This document shows, piece after piece, positions 49,270 to 60,790 of a stretch of 64,000 nucleotides of DNA. Position 1 is the first letter of the stretch. Every line of letters begins with the position of its first letter. A program made the translations under genes and the position numbers. Under the pieces are notes generated by a model. The model searched no databases. It saw nothing but the letters and a program-made list of their open reading frames with translations, and had not been told where the DNA came from. This DNA comes from Pristiophorus japonicus (lineage: Eukaryota), in contig NC_091982.1 in assembly GCF_044704955.1 (NCBI RefSeq), positions 102,610,001 to 102,674,000 on the forward strand, written 5' to 3'.

Positions 49270-49703
49270 AGGGGGCACAAACTTTCAGAAGAGCAGAGAT
49301 ACTTAGGAGTTCAGATGCACAAACCTTTAAAAGTGAGAAGACAAATTGACAAAGCAGTTAAAAATACATATGGGATCCTATATTTTATTTTTAAAAAGAT
49401 GCATAGATCATGCTAAATCTGTATGAATCATTGGTTACGTTGCAGTTAGAATATTGTGTCCAGTTTGGGGCATTCTATTTTAGTAAGGAATGTCAGGAAA
49501 AGATTAGGAATGAGTGGCTTTAGTTATGAAGAGAGATTAGAGAAATTGGGGCCTCTTTTACTAGAATGTAAAAAGGATATTCAACAGATGATGAGTGGTT
49601 TTGGTGATGTGACTAGGGAATGGCCCGAAGTAGATTCTTTAAGAGAGCTGGCGCAAGCACGAGGGGCCAAGTGTCCTCCCTTGCTGTGGAAATTCTATGA
49701 TTC
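49270..49703 (+). mobile_element. Highly degraded CR1 fragment
   Basis: Remnants of QRYLGV, QLEYCVQ and GFSYEERLEKLG, plus an attctatgattc tail. Confidence 0.65.
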
Positions 49704-49790
49704 CATGACAAACTGTTCCTGTGCAACTTCTTTCTGCTGGACGGATAGGATGGTGCCTCTTGCAGTATTCACCATGGCTACAATTACTAT

Positions 49791-50352
49791 GGGGGAAAAA
49801 TTCAGGCCATTTGCATCTCCCTTAAGCACCCCTTGGAAATTCCGCGGAAGTTTAGCGGTGGTGGTAACCGGTAGCGCCTTGCTCCTACCGGTAGCATCCT
49901 GGGCCGCTGCGCCGGTGATGACAATGGCCGCATCCCGTGAAGCTATCACGGGCAATGCCTGCTCGTGGGGTGAAAATTAAAGGGGAGGTGCAGCAGTAAA
50001 AAAAAAATGCTGACTTACCGGTCGCGGCCTTCTTTGTCGATCGCGGGGTCCGTGCCGCGATCTTGCAGCCCGGCGCTTTGCTTGTGTGCCAGACTGCTGC
50101 CATGGCAATCTGCTGCCTGGTGGTCCAGCGATGGCCCCGTTTTCTACCCACAGAGTCGGCAGCTTGGCCCTCCCCTTTAATGGAAGGGTAGGGCCCCGTC
50201 TACCTCCCAGTGCTACGCGTCCCACCGTGTGGCACTGGAAACTTTGCGTGGCTTTGTGCCCCAGTGGCGCCACCTAGAGGAACTGCAGTGCAATATCTTG
50301 CGCCTGACACTAGAATGCTCGCCTTGCGGCTGTGGGCGGTACCGAATTTGCA
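49791..50352. mobile_element. Harbinger-type MITE, right end degraded
   Basis: Left TIR gggggaaaaattcag after tat, with a GC-rich body similar in style to 28361-28977. Confidence 0.6.
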
Positions 50353-50465
50353 AGTGGTCAACATTAGCATTGCAGCACAAAGAGGTGGGTTTAATTTGGT
50401 TGAGAAGTGCCAAAATGTAGCTAACCAAGAAGATTAGAGTTCATGTTAGAAGTAGCAGTTTACTA

Positions 50466-50791
50466 CAGGTTGAACCTCCCTTATCCGGAACCCTCGGGAC
50501 CTGGCCTGTTCTGGATAAGGGATTTTTCCGGATGAGAGGTGGTCACATTAAATTGGATGGTACAGGTACTAAGCAAGGGCATATCGGGGCTTGCTGGCTT
50601 GGGGCTGGGAGTGCGGCAGAGAGATCATGGGATCCAGTGTCAGGCCCAGCTATTGCGGGAGTTGGCAGTGAGGAAGGACTTCAATTTGTTCATGTTGGAG
50701 TTCTGCGCTTGCGCCACCCGGTGGCCGGGAATAGTTCCGGACGAGGGGTGGTTCCAGATAAGGGAGTTCTGGATAAGGGAGGTTCAACCTG
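50466..50791. mobile_element. Tc1/mariner (Tigger/pogo-like) MITE
   Basis: 26-bp TIR caggttgaacctcccttatccggaac / gttctggataagggaggttcaacctg. TA on the left, CA on the right (mutated TA). Internal ggataaggg repeats. Confidence 0.88.
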
Positions 50792-52130
50792 CAATTGAAA
50801 GCCACGCAGATGTATAACGTATTAGTGTATTTACTTTATTGTGCAGGTAATTCGATTATTTTTAGAGATACCATCTATGAAGATTACATTGTGGGTCTTG
50901 CAACTTTATAGACACTTTTAAGGACTGTCAAGCCTCTCTAAAAATATCTGATGAAATCAAAAGTATTAAAATGTTTGCTTATTTCATAACAACTAGTCTA
51001 GAAATGTATCTCAGCAATGTTAGGCTACAATTCCTTAACACATACCGAGTTCCCTCTAACAGGGGTGTTAATCTGGCTTTTAATGTCTCTGTTAATATAG
51101 CAGAGAGAGGAGTTTGCTAAAAGCACATTAGGTATCTGTAAAATACCATCCAGAATACAATCATTACGCACTTTATTAGGAAAACACATTCAACACTGAT
51201 GTATTAAGAGGGACTTTTATATAGTATTTTTATTTGTCTTGCATTGTACAATAATGAGCTAATTAACCTAAAAGACATATGGGTTAAACAATATTCATAT
51301 GATGTGACTGCCATATCTGCCTATGAAATGGGCATCTTCAAAGTTATTGTGCTATTTTTAGGAGAAAAGTAAGGATTGCTTTATCCAGTTGCACTGTGGA
51401 AGTTAGAAAATATTATATTGAACTAACTACAGTTGAATCTCCTTCACCATTCTACTGCTCAAATCCTCTGATCATATTGAATCTACATTGTGGAAGCAAC
51501 GTACCTGCCGTACAGAAGTCTAAAGCAGCCCAATTTATTACCGTTTGCTGCAATCAGTAACAAGAATTTGTTCCTTTGTGTCTTAAGTATCTAAGGAGAA
51601 TTTTTGTTGCTTAGTGCAGTGAATGGGTCTGAATGGATTTCTGCAAGAGACCTGCATCACAGTCTATGGGAACGGTAACAGGTTGAATTAATAGATACAG
51701 GAAACAAGATCATTTCGTAACAATTTGACCATGGTTATGTACCAGTGATAGTAAATCTATTCTAAGTATAGTACATTAGCTTTGGAAAATTAAAGGACTT
51801 CCAAAAATAAAACCATTGCAACGTTCCCTACACTGGTCTACATAATCTGTCAGGATAACTATTTGAAAAATTGGCCAGCATTTAATTTGTCAATCATTTT
51901 CTTTTTGAGTGCACAGGAAATTCTTTTAGTCTACTCTTAAATCTCAGTATGTTGAACTTTCAATTATATGCAACAGCATCTGTAATACATGTGCAATGCA
52001 GATGTTAGAGAATGAAATGTTTACAATCTCCATTGCAAAGTATATGCTTCAGCTATTTGAAAGCTGGTCCTTGTAATTTCTTAATTCACGGTATAAAATG
52101 AAGAGTTATAACACTGTCCTCTATTACTGT

Positions 52131-52681
52131 ATATTGGAGGGAGCAGCTTGTGGTGGCCCGGCCCGGAAATTGACGTGGTCCAGGCCTGCAAAACCATCAG
52201 CAGGCCGGGGGCATTAGAGGGAGCACTGCGTGCTGCTGCAGGAGGGCGACGGCTGTGAAGTCAGATCGCTGATTGCAGTGCAGGCAGGCACAGCAGGAGG
52301 GGCGAAGGAGCGGCAAGAGTCCGTAGAGGGAAGTGACCGGGGCCCAGGAGAGGCTGAGTTTGGGGCTCAGAAGAGGCGAGAGCCCAGGGGCAACACAGGC
52401 CAACCCACACTGCGATATGTGTGTGCACTAGGTCCGTGCAGCAGAGCTGGTCTCCAGTCATCTTGGGTAATCCTTGCCACTGGACCAAGACCTAGCTCTG
52501 TCAAGCCCATGTGGTGGCCACCACACGTTAAAAAAATCCACGCACAGGCATCTTCCACCGTTCAAGATGTAGTTCGGGATCTGGAATATTAGGTCCTTCA
52601 TTGAAACACCTGTGAACTCATCCCTTTTTGGCATGGAAGCAAGTCATCCTCGCTTTGAGGGACTGCCTATGATGATGATGA
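52131..52681 (+). mobile_element. Non-autonomous RTE-derived retroelement
   Basis: GC-rich non-coding body plus the RTE tail gagggactgcctatgatgatgatg. 9-bp TSD tattactgt (52122-52130 / 52682-52690). Confidence 0.85.
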
Positions 52682-52719
52682 TATTACTGTGACAACAATG
52701 ACGCAATTTTGTTTAAGAT

Positions 52720-52905
52720 GTACATAGAATTACATTAAATTACAGAGAATTACATAGAATTACATAGATACAGGCCATTCGGCCCAATTGCTCAATGCCG
52801 GTGTTTATGCTCCACATGAACCACCTCCCACTCTATTTCATCTAACCCTACCAGCATGAGCTTCTATTCCTTTCTTCCTCATGTGTTTATCTGCCTTCCC
52901 CTTAA
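52720..52905 (-). mobile_element. CR1-type 3' tip
   Basis: (catagaatta)n repeat followed by caggccattcggccca...ccccttaaa. Confidence 0.7.
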
Positions 52906-53324
52906 AGCATGGCTTCTTCAATTCTACCATGGTACATAGGAGTTTGCAGCTAACTTCACCAAAGAATCCCCCAGCTCCTTTTGTTGCTCTTCATAAGAAT
53001 CATTAGATGGTTTGACTGAAGACGGATGCCCTACTGACGGACTGAGGCATTTATTTCTAATAGAAGCATTCCGTGTGATTTGTTCAAATATGGTTTTGAT
53101 CGACAGCTCTTTCTCAGCTTGACAGACAATTCTTGAAATTCACTTTGGTCACTGTCATTTTTTCAATGCATTTGTCAGGCTATCAGTTTTAAATCAGAGC
53201 GTTTGTCTGCAACCTTCAAAGAGAGGAAGGTAGGGTAGATCGCTTTTGTAGATGGTGAAAAGGGAAAGAGTTACTACGCAAGATTTTATTTTATAATTTA
53301 ACACAGCACTTGCGAACTATTCCA

Positions 53325-53420
53325 ATGACTACACTTCAAAAGTACTTCATTGGCTGTAGAGCACTTTGAGACATCCGGTGGTCATTAAATGCACTATATA
53401 AATGCAAGTCTTTCTTTCTA
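53325..53420 (+). mobile_element. SacSINE1-like SINE 3' tail
   Basis: gactacacttcaaaagtacttcattggctgta.agc.ctttg...ctatataaatgcaagtctttctttc. Confidence 0.7.
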
Positions 53421-53424
53421 TTTA

Positions 53425-54103
53425 TTACATATCCACAGCATAACTAAAACCGTCTATTTCCACTTCCGTAACATTGCCTGCCTCCGCCCCTGCCTCAGCT
53501 CTTCTGCTGCTGAAACCCTCATCCATGCCTTTGTTACCTCTCGACTTGATTACTCCAATGGACTCCTGGCACTACGTAAACTTGAGGTGATCCAAAACTC
53601 GGCAGCCGTGTCCTAACTCGCACCAAGTCCTGTTCACCCATCACCCCTGTGCTCGCTGACCTACATTGGCTCCCAGTTAAACAACGCCTCAACTTCAAAA
53701 TTCTCATTCTTGTTTACAAATCCCTCCTTGGCCTAGCCCCTCCCTATCTCTGTTATCTATTTCAGCCTCACAACACCACGAGATGTCTGCAATCCTTAAA
53801 TTCTGCTCTCTTGAGCATCCCTGATTATAACTGCTCAACCATTGGTGGCCGTGCCTTCAGCTGCCTAGGCCCCAAGCTCTGGAACTCCCTCCCTAAACCT
53901 CGCCACCTCTCTACCTATCTTTCCTCCTTTAAGACGCTCCTTAAAACCTACCTCTTTAACCAAGCTTTTGGTCATCTGCCGTAATTTCCTTTTATGTGGC
54001 TCGGTGTCAAATTTATCTGTTTTGTCTTATAGCACTGCTGTGATGTGCCTTGGGACGTTTTACTATGTTAAAGGCGATATATAAATAAAAGTTGTTGTTG
54101 TTA
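53425..54103 (+). mobile_element. L2 LINE 3' fragment
   Basis: HAFVTSRLDYSN, IQNSAA, LHWLPVKQR.NFKIL, GGRAFS..GPKLWNSLP and FKTLLKTYLF, with tail ggcgatatataaat...(gtt)n. Confidence 0.93.
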
Positions 54104-54553
54104 TTTTCTACTCCATGAGCTAACAAAGCTGAATAACTGCAGTCAAAAAATATATGGAGTTACCACTACTCTTCACTTGTAATAAATTTGTTTGGCACTT
54201 GCAATCGGAGTCAAAGGTTAGTGGAATATTATTCTGTTGTCTTCTGAAGCCAAGGAAGATCACGTAAAAAAACCAGTCACTGAAATAAATTGAACAGCAA
54301 TCTCTGTTTGTTCTTCAAATTTCCTTAGCTATCTGGGCAAGTGAAATACTCTTTGGGACATGGGGCGATAGAGCTTAACTATGAGACAAGTCAAAAATGC
54401 AGAACCCAAAAATATCTGGAGTGAAAAAACTTGTGAAGGAGCTCCGCCCCCAAAAATCATTATTGTGCAAGAATGCTACTAGTCCTGAAAAAGTTCATTC
54501 TGAAATGGCGACAGTGTGGAAGTTCCTACAACAATCCTTTAAAAGCTTTAATG

Positions 54554-55079
54554 TAGAAACATAGAAACAGAGAAAATAGGTGGAGGAGTAGGCCATTCGG
54601 CCCTTCGAGCCTGCACCGCCATTCAATAAGATCATGGCTGATCATTCCCTCAGTACCCCTTTCCTGCTTTCTCTCCATAGCCCTTGATCCCTTTAGCCGT
54701 AAGGGCCATATCTAACTCCCTCTTCAATATATCCAATGAACTGGCATCGACAACTCTACGGCAGGGAATTCTACAGGTTAACAACTCTCTGAGTGAAGAA
54801 GTTTCTCCTCAGCTCAGTCCTAAATGGCCTACCCCTTATCTTAAGACTACGTCCCCTGGTTCTGGATTTCCCCAACATCGGGAACATTCTTCCCGCATCT
54901 AACCTGTCCAGTCCCGTCAGAATCTTATATGTTTCTATGAGATCCCCTCTCATCCTTCTAAACTCCAGTGAAAAAAGGCCCAGTTGATCCAGTCTCTCCT
55001 CATATGACAGTCTAGCCATCCCTGGAATCAGTCTGGTGAACCTTCGCTGCACTCCCTCAATAGCAAGAACGTCCTTCCT
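54554..55079 (-). mobile_element. 5'-truncated CR1 LINE
   Basis: ORF 54771-55052 QRRFTRLIPGM...EFRRMRGDLIE, with a reverse tttctatg tail. Confidence 0.93.
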
Positions 55080-55561
55080 AATGTATATTTCTTAAGGTAA
55101 AATATATTTATTCATTGTTTATTGTGGTCTGTAAAATTAAGCTTATTTCAGATCTTGGTACTCTTGCTTGTATTATGCAACAAAAATGCATTTGTTTCCC
55201 CATCTTTAAATTCGTGATAGGCCAGCAGGGATACTAGATTGGCAATGGTACAGAAACTGGAAGCACTGGAATTAGTTCTGTATTCTGTCACACAGCTACA
55301 GGTCTGCTGTAAAACTACTGCAGCCTTGATCTAGAGGTCCGCTCATCCATACCGTTTCTTTGTTTTGAAATTGACTTTAATGGTATCCAGTGCAGGATTG
55401 GAACCTGTTTGCAGTGAATTTAAAACAAAAATAAACACTACGTTGATCTAGGTAAGTTGTATTAGCGATTGCTGGATAGGTCCTTTACCCATTAAACGGA
55501 TTCGAAAAGCTGGAGAGTCATGTGTCTGATAATTCACTTCATTTATGATTGGCAAAACATT

Positions 55562-56332
55562 GGCCCAGAAATTCCAGCCTCCCCGGATACGTACTGAGTG
55601 TGTACGGACCCGGAAAGGCATCGCAAAAGCCGGTTTTCAGCGCACAATGCGCATGCGCTGAAAACTGGCTTTTCCGATCTGTCAAACTGGAGCTTGACAG
55701 ATCCTCCCTATCCCCACATCCAGGACATTTGCATGGGCAAGATTGCGGTATTTACCCATATCTTGCCCAGCGGATGTCCTGAAAATTCTTGCGCCTGATA
55801 AAAGCAGGCGGATAGCCTACTTTTACAGGAGTAAGAGTTTTAAAACACACAAAAACATCATAAAATAAAATTTAAAAAAACACATTTTATTGTTTAAAAA
55901 AAACCCTCCCCACTATGTTTATTTTAAACCATAATTAAAATTTTTTTTTTTAAATCGGAAAATATATATTTTTTATAATACATAAATAACTTTAATTTAA
56001 ATTAATAAAAATATGTGGTGCATTTTTTCTATTTTTTATTTGTGTTTTGGGTGTTTGGGGAGGTTTCTCAATCATAATAATGGGAACTCCAACTTACGGT
56101 GTTCACATTATTATGAACGAATATATACTTTACCTGGATTGGCTGCCCAGAGCCATGTGAATGAAGTTCCAGCCCTGCGGACGTTCCAACGTGCAGGAGC
56201 TAGGACCCGCAGTCAGTGGAGGCCTCAGGACCGGGATCACTCGTGGGCGCAGCAGGTTCAGGAAAGTGCGCATCAATTTTAACTTTTTTACCCGATCACC
56301 CGCGGAAAGCAGCCGGCCGGGATATCTAGGCC
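55562..56332. mobile_element. Harbinger MITE
   Basis: TIRs ggcccagaaattccagcc / ggccgggatatctaggcc, flanks att/aat. AT-rich core with GC-rich arms. Confidence 0.8.
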
Positions 56333-57252
56333 AATAACTCTAAGCACCCATACAAAGCAGCGCACATCAGTCTTGCGTCTAATCGCTCGCATGTGTAGAT
56401 TTAATGAGGAACCGTGGAGATGGCTGCTCCAAGCCTGTTCATGCCAGTGGGTCTTGAAGGTAGCAAGATGTTTTTCTTTCTAATGAAGTAAAAACATGAC
56501 ATCGCTTCTTACACCATTTTAGTTATTGTCTGCTTCCTGCTGGATTCAACACTATCTGATATTTTATGACCACCCAGTTGTTCAAACAGATTGTCAAACA
56601 GAAGAGGCCCTATGCCTTTTTGCACCATACTATTACTTCCTATAAGTGCTTTCTTGAGCCATAGCTTTATTGTAAACAACCTTTAATGTATGCTCTATAG
56701 CAACCTATGACATTTATTTTGTAACAATCTCCTACTCTTATACTAGCTCCAGTTGTGATGAAAAGTCTTTGTTTTAAAAGCCCAAATTTCGTCGATTACT
56801 GCCAGCCGATAGCACCCCAGAGAGGCGGTACCTCGGCTCAAAAGGTTTAGTGCCCATGTTCGGCGATATCACCGCCTGCTGCAAACTTCAGTTGAGTTTT
56901 TGCAGCGGCGCAAACAAGTACCGCCTCGCCTATTGCCGCCAGGGAAATCATGACGTCAGTATGCGTGCAGCGTCTTGCTAGCGCCAGTGTCACGATCTTT
57001 GGTTTTTGCACCTTGCTTACTCGCTGACGGGGAACTTGGCACAAAAAGTTGGGGTTCACAAGTCACGGTTACAATGCCAGGGAGTAGCAACCGGGGCACA
57101 GAGGTCACAGTGAGTGCTACGTATTCTCTTAGCAGAGTGCGAAGATGTTGGCATGCTGCGACTGCTGCGTACTTACCTTGACGACTACCATTTTGGCAAC
57201 ATTGACGGGTTCCATTTCCGAGTAGCATTTCGCTCTTACCTTTGGCAACTTG

Positions 57253-58395
57253 ATGGGGGGCAGCGCTGGCAGACCACGTCGTGCTGCGGTGACTACTTTG
57301 AAGGCACCGGCAACACAGACGGGATATGGCCAATGTGGGTCCACGCCTGAGGAGAGGCCGTAGACGCTGGGGCAGGAGGCCTTACCCTCCCCCCAGGGTT
57401 TACCGTGAGCATTCTTCGTACTTTGATATGTTCGAGGAGCAGTGCATAAGAATGCTGCGGTTCTGCAAGGAGGTGGTCACGGAGTTCTGTCACCTCCTGC
57501 ACACAGAGCTCGAGGCTGAAATCGGCACCAGGACCTCGCTGCCAGTGAAAGTGACAGCAGCACTCAATTCCTACGCTACTGGCTACTTCCAGGCTCCTGT
57601 CAGAGATAAATGCAACATCTCGCAGTTTGCAGTACATTGCCGCATTCGCCAGGTGACCGACGCCCTCTGCAACTGACGAATGGACTACATAAAGTTCAGC
57701 ATGTCCAGGATCAGCGCTCCCGTGGCTTCACCAGGATAACGGGCTTCCCCATGGTTCAGGAAACCATTGATTGTACACATGCGGCATTGTGGGCCTCGCC
57801 CCATAATGGAGAGGTGTTTCGCAATCGCAAGGGCTACCACTCCCTCAATGTCCAGTTGGTATGTGACCACAGGCAGATGTTCCTCGCTGTGAATGCCCAC
57901 TATTCTGGCAGCACCCACGACTCCTTCATCCTGCGGGAGAGCAGTGTGCCACAACTGTTCCAGCCACCGCATGAAGGGCGTGGCTGGTTAATCAGCGACA
58001 AAGGATATGGTCTCGCCACCTGGCTGATGACTCCCCTCCGCTATCCCACCACCCCTGCTGAGTAGCGCTACAACCACAGCCACACCACAACCAGGACCAT
58101 AATAGAGCAAACTATCAGGATTCTAAAGCAACGTTCCCGCTACTTTGGCTGCTCTGGAGGGACATTACAGTACACCCCTGATAGAGTGCCAATTTTCACC
58201 ATTGTATGCTGCATGCAGCACAACCTGGCCATCATGAGGGATGAGCCATTGCTCTCAGAGATGGCAGCTGCACCTCAGGAGGATGAGGACGAGGGGGAAC
58301 AAGATGAAGAGCATCAACTACGGAGGAGGCAGCCTGGCACTGTTGCCGCTGCAAGGGCTGCTCGTCAGAGACTCATCACATAGCGATTTCAGTAA
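57253..58395 (+). pseudogene. Harbinger transposase pseudogene (H4)
   Basis: [64 protein letters not shown] and CCMQHNLA. Confidence 0.92.
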
Positions 58396-58739
58396 ATGGC
58401 GCAACACAGGCCAAGTGGCCAGCCTATTCACTTGGCCATGTGCTGAAGACATCGCGCCCAACCTCCAACCGTCTGTGTATATAAATCACACCACAAAAGT
58501 GTGACATAAACAAGCACAACACAGAGCCATCATCAACAGCAAATTATGAATGAAACAACAGCCCTGAAAACATAATCACCCAGAGGCAAGTGCAACTACA
58601 TACGTACCTTAATATTCCAATAAGGTCAACATATATGTCCACGATGCTATCATTGGTTCATGGGACATTCGCAGTGATTTCCCACCCCTTCCCTTTTCCC
58701 CCCTCCCACGCCTATTGCCCCTCCTTAATGGGGTTTCAG

Positions 58740-60790
58740 TGCCTGCAGTAAGGCTGTGTGAACATTGCTCTGTCGGTGCCACAGGCCCTACTGTGATGGC
58801 CTAGCAGGATATCCCCAACCAGCCGGGCCCTGGAAGGCGCGGCTGCGGACTGCATCACCTCAGCATGGGTGACAGCAGTCTCGGCTGGATGGGTTGCAGA
58901 GAGCGGCAGATGCAAAGGTGAAATGGCAGTGGTTGGAGGTGCAATGATGTCGTTCTGAGAGAGGACATTACGTTTCATCTCGACCGACATGCTGTCACTC
59001 CCCTGGGGCAGAGCCTCAGCATCCGGAGCAATCTGATTGAGCACAGATTGCTGGCCTGCTCCAGCACCGTTAGCTCCCCGTTGAAGTGATGGAAACCCAG
59101 ACACGATGGCAGCAGTCAGTGCTTGCGTGGAATCAAGTTGACTCTGTATCAGAGCAGAGTGAGTCCACATCAGGGCAGACTGCGTCTGCATCAGGTCAGG
59201 AAATGCATTGAGGCCACCACGCATTGACGACATGACAGAATTCAGGCCTTGCGTGGCTTCAGCTTTGTGTTCAATGGTTACTGCCACATCAGCCATAGCC
59301 CGCGCCATCATGTCTGGGACCACGTTTTCACTTGTGGCTTCCAGCATCTGTTGGTATCCACCAGGATGGCCTCGATAGGCTGCTGAGTCACAAGTGCAAA
59401 TGTTAAGGCGGACTCCTCCATCCTCACAGCAAATGCATTGTGGCTCTCGGGCACCTTTCCAATGCACCCAACAGATCGCTGTGCATCCGCAATGATTGTC
59501 TTGCGACAACCTTCAGCTTGGGGTTCTCATCAGAGTGCTGCTGAGCATCACTCATGCACACACTGACCCTCCATGAATCTGGCCTCCGAGTTTCCCCTCC
59601 TCCCTGGTATTGCTGCAGGCCACTGGTTCCCAGAGCATTACCCACCTCCAATTCTCCGATCATGCCCTCTCGACTGAGGTGGTGTTGCCCCTCGCTGAGG
59701 CCGCTGGCTTCTCAGTAACTGTGAGAGAGGTGTCCTCCACCTCCTCCTCGTCTCCACCATCACCGGCACTAGACGGCTCACATACATGCTCCTGGGCCTT
59801 TGGTTCATCATCTGAAAGCACAAAGCCAGAGAAGAGTGGTTACCTGCAGGGGAAGGATCCAGGAATGGGAAAGACATTCTGAAATGCCATACTCATGAAA
59901 AGTGGGGAAGGATTGTGGTGTCAGGGCTAAGTGGCCTGATAGAGGATGCAAAGGTCCTCATCATACCGTCACTGTCCCGAGGGAGGCTCGGCCTCAGCCA
60001 CCGCCACCGCACCCACTTGTGTACCCATGAGGGCCTAAACGTGATCCTCCACCGCGCTGAGGGCCTGGAGGTCAGGTTCCCCTCCTCCGGTCCACATTTG
60101 TTCATGCTGGTTATGCACTAGCTTGACCTGCAAGAAGAAACAGAACATCTGATTTAGTGTCCTTCTATCCATCTGTCCGAAGTGCATTGCATAGTTGAGT
60201 AGATTTTACTGTATGGAAGTCTTCACAGGTTGATGTCACTCGGAATAGCTGCGTGCACTAGGCGTGGCAATGCTGGAATTTGGAAGTCAGCTCCTAAGAG
60301 TTAAGGTAAGGCTACTGTCTTCTACACACATCTGTAGACTGAGGAGGTAACAAGACCAGGGGTGGGTCTCAACAATGGAGCAGGAAGGTTAAGTGTGCAT
60401 ACAGGCTCAGGGAGTAGCTGAGGCTGCAAATGCGAACTTTGCATCTGTGCTCACCCATGAAGAGCATGGGGTCCTACACATACTGATTGAGAAGAGACTG
60501 CACACACTATACATTGTGCTCAGAGTTTGGCATGTTGAGGTTCATGTAGACGATACTCATCCTCATGATTCATGTCAGGTTGTTGAACTTTTTCCTGCAC
60601 TACATGGCTGTCCTGGCACTGTGTTTCTCGCAGACATGCTCTGTACAATTTCCCTCCACAATCTGTGGAACGTATATGGCTGTGGCCTCCTACCAGTCTC
60701 GGTCCGCAATCATTCATGTCGCCTCTCCACACCGTCCAGAAGTGCATCAATGGCGGAGTCGGAGAACCGGTAAGCACGCTGATGAGCTCT
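58740..60790 (-). pseudogene. Harbinger Myb/SANT-like gene of H4 (3 exons)
   Basis: Exon 1 reads RAYRFSDSAIDALLDGVERR...LWREIVQSMS...CRKKFNNL, with the donor mutated to atgagt. Exon 2 about 60127-59897. Exon 3 includes ORF 58736-59509. Confidence 0.82.
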
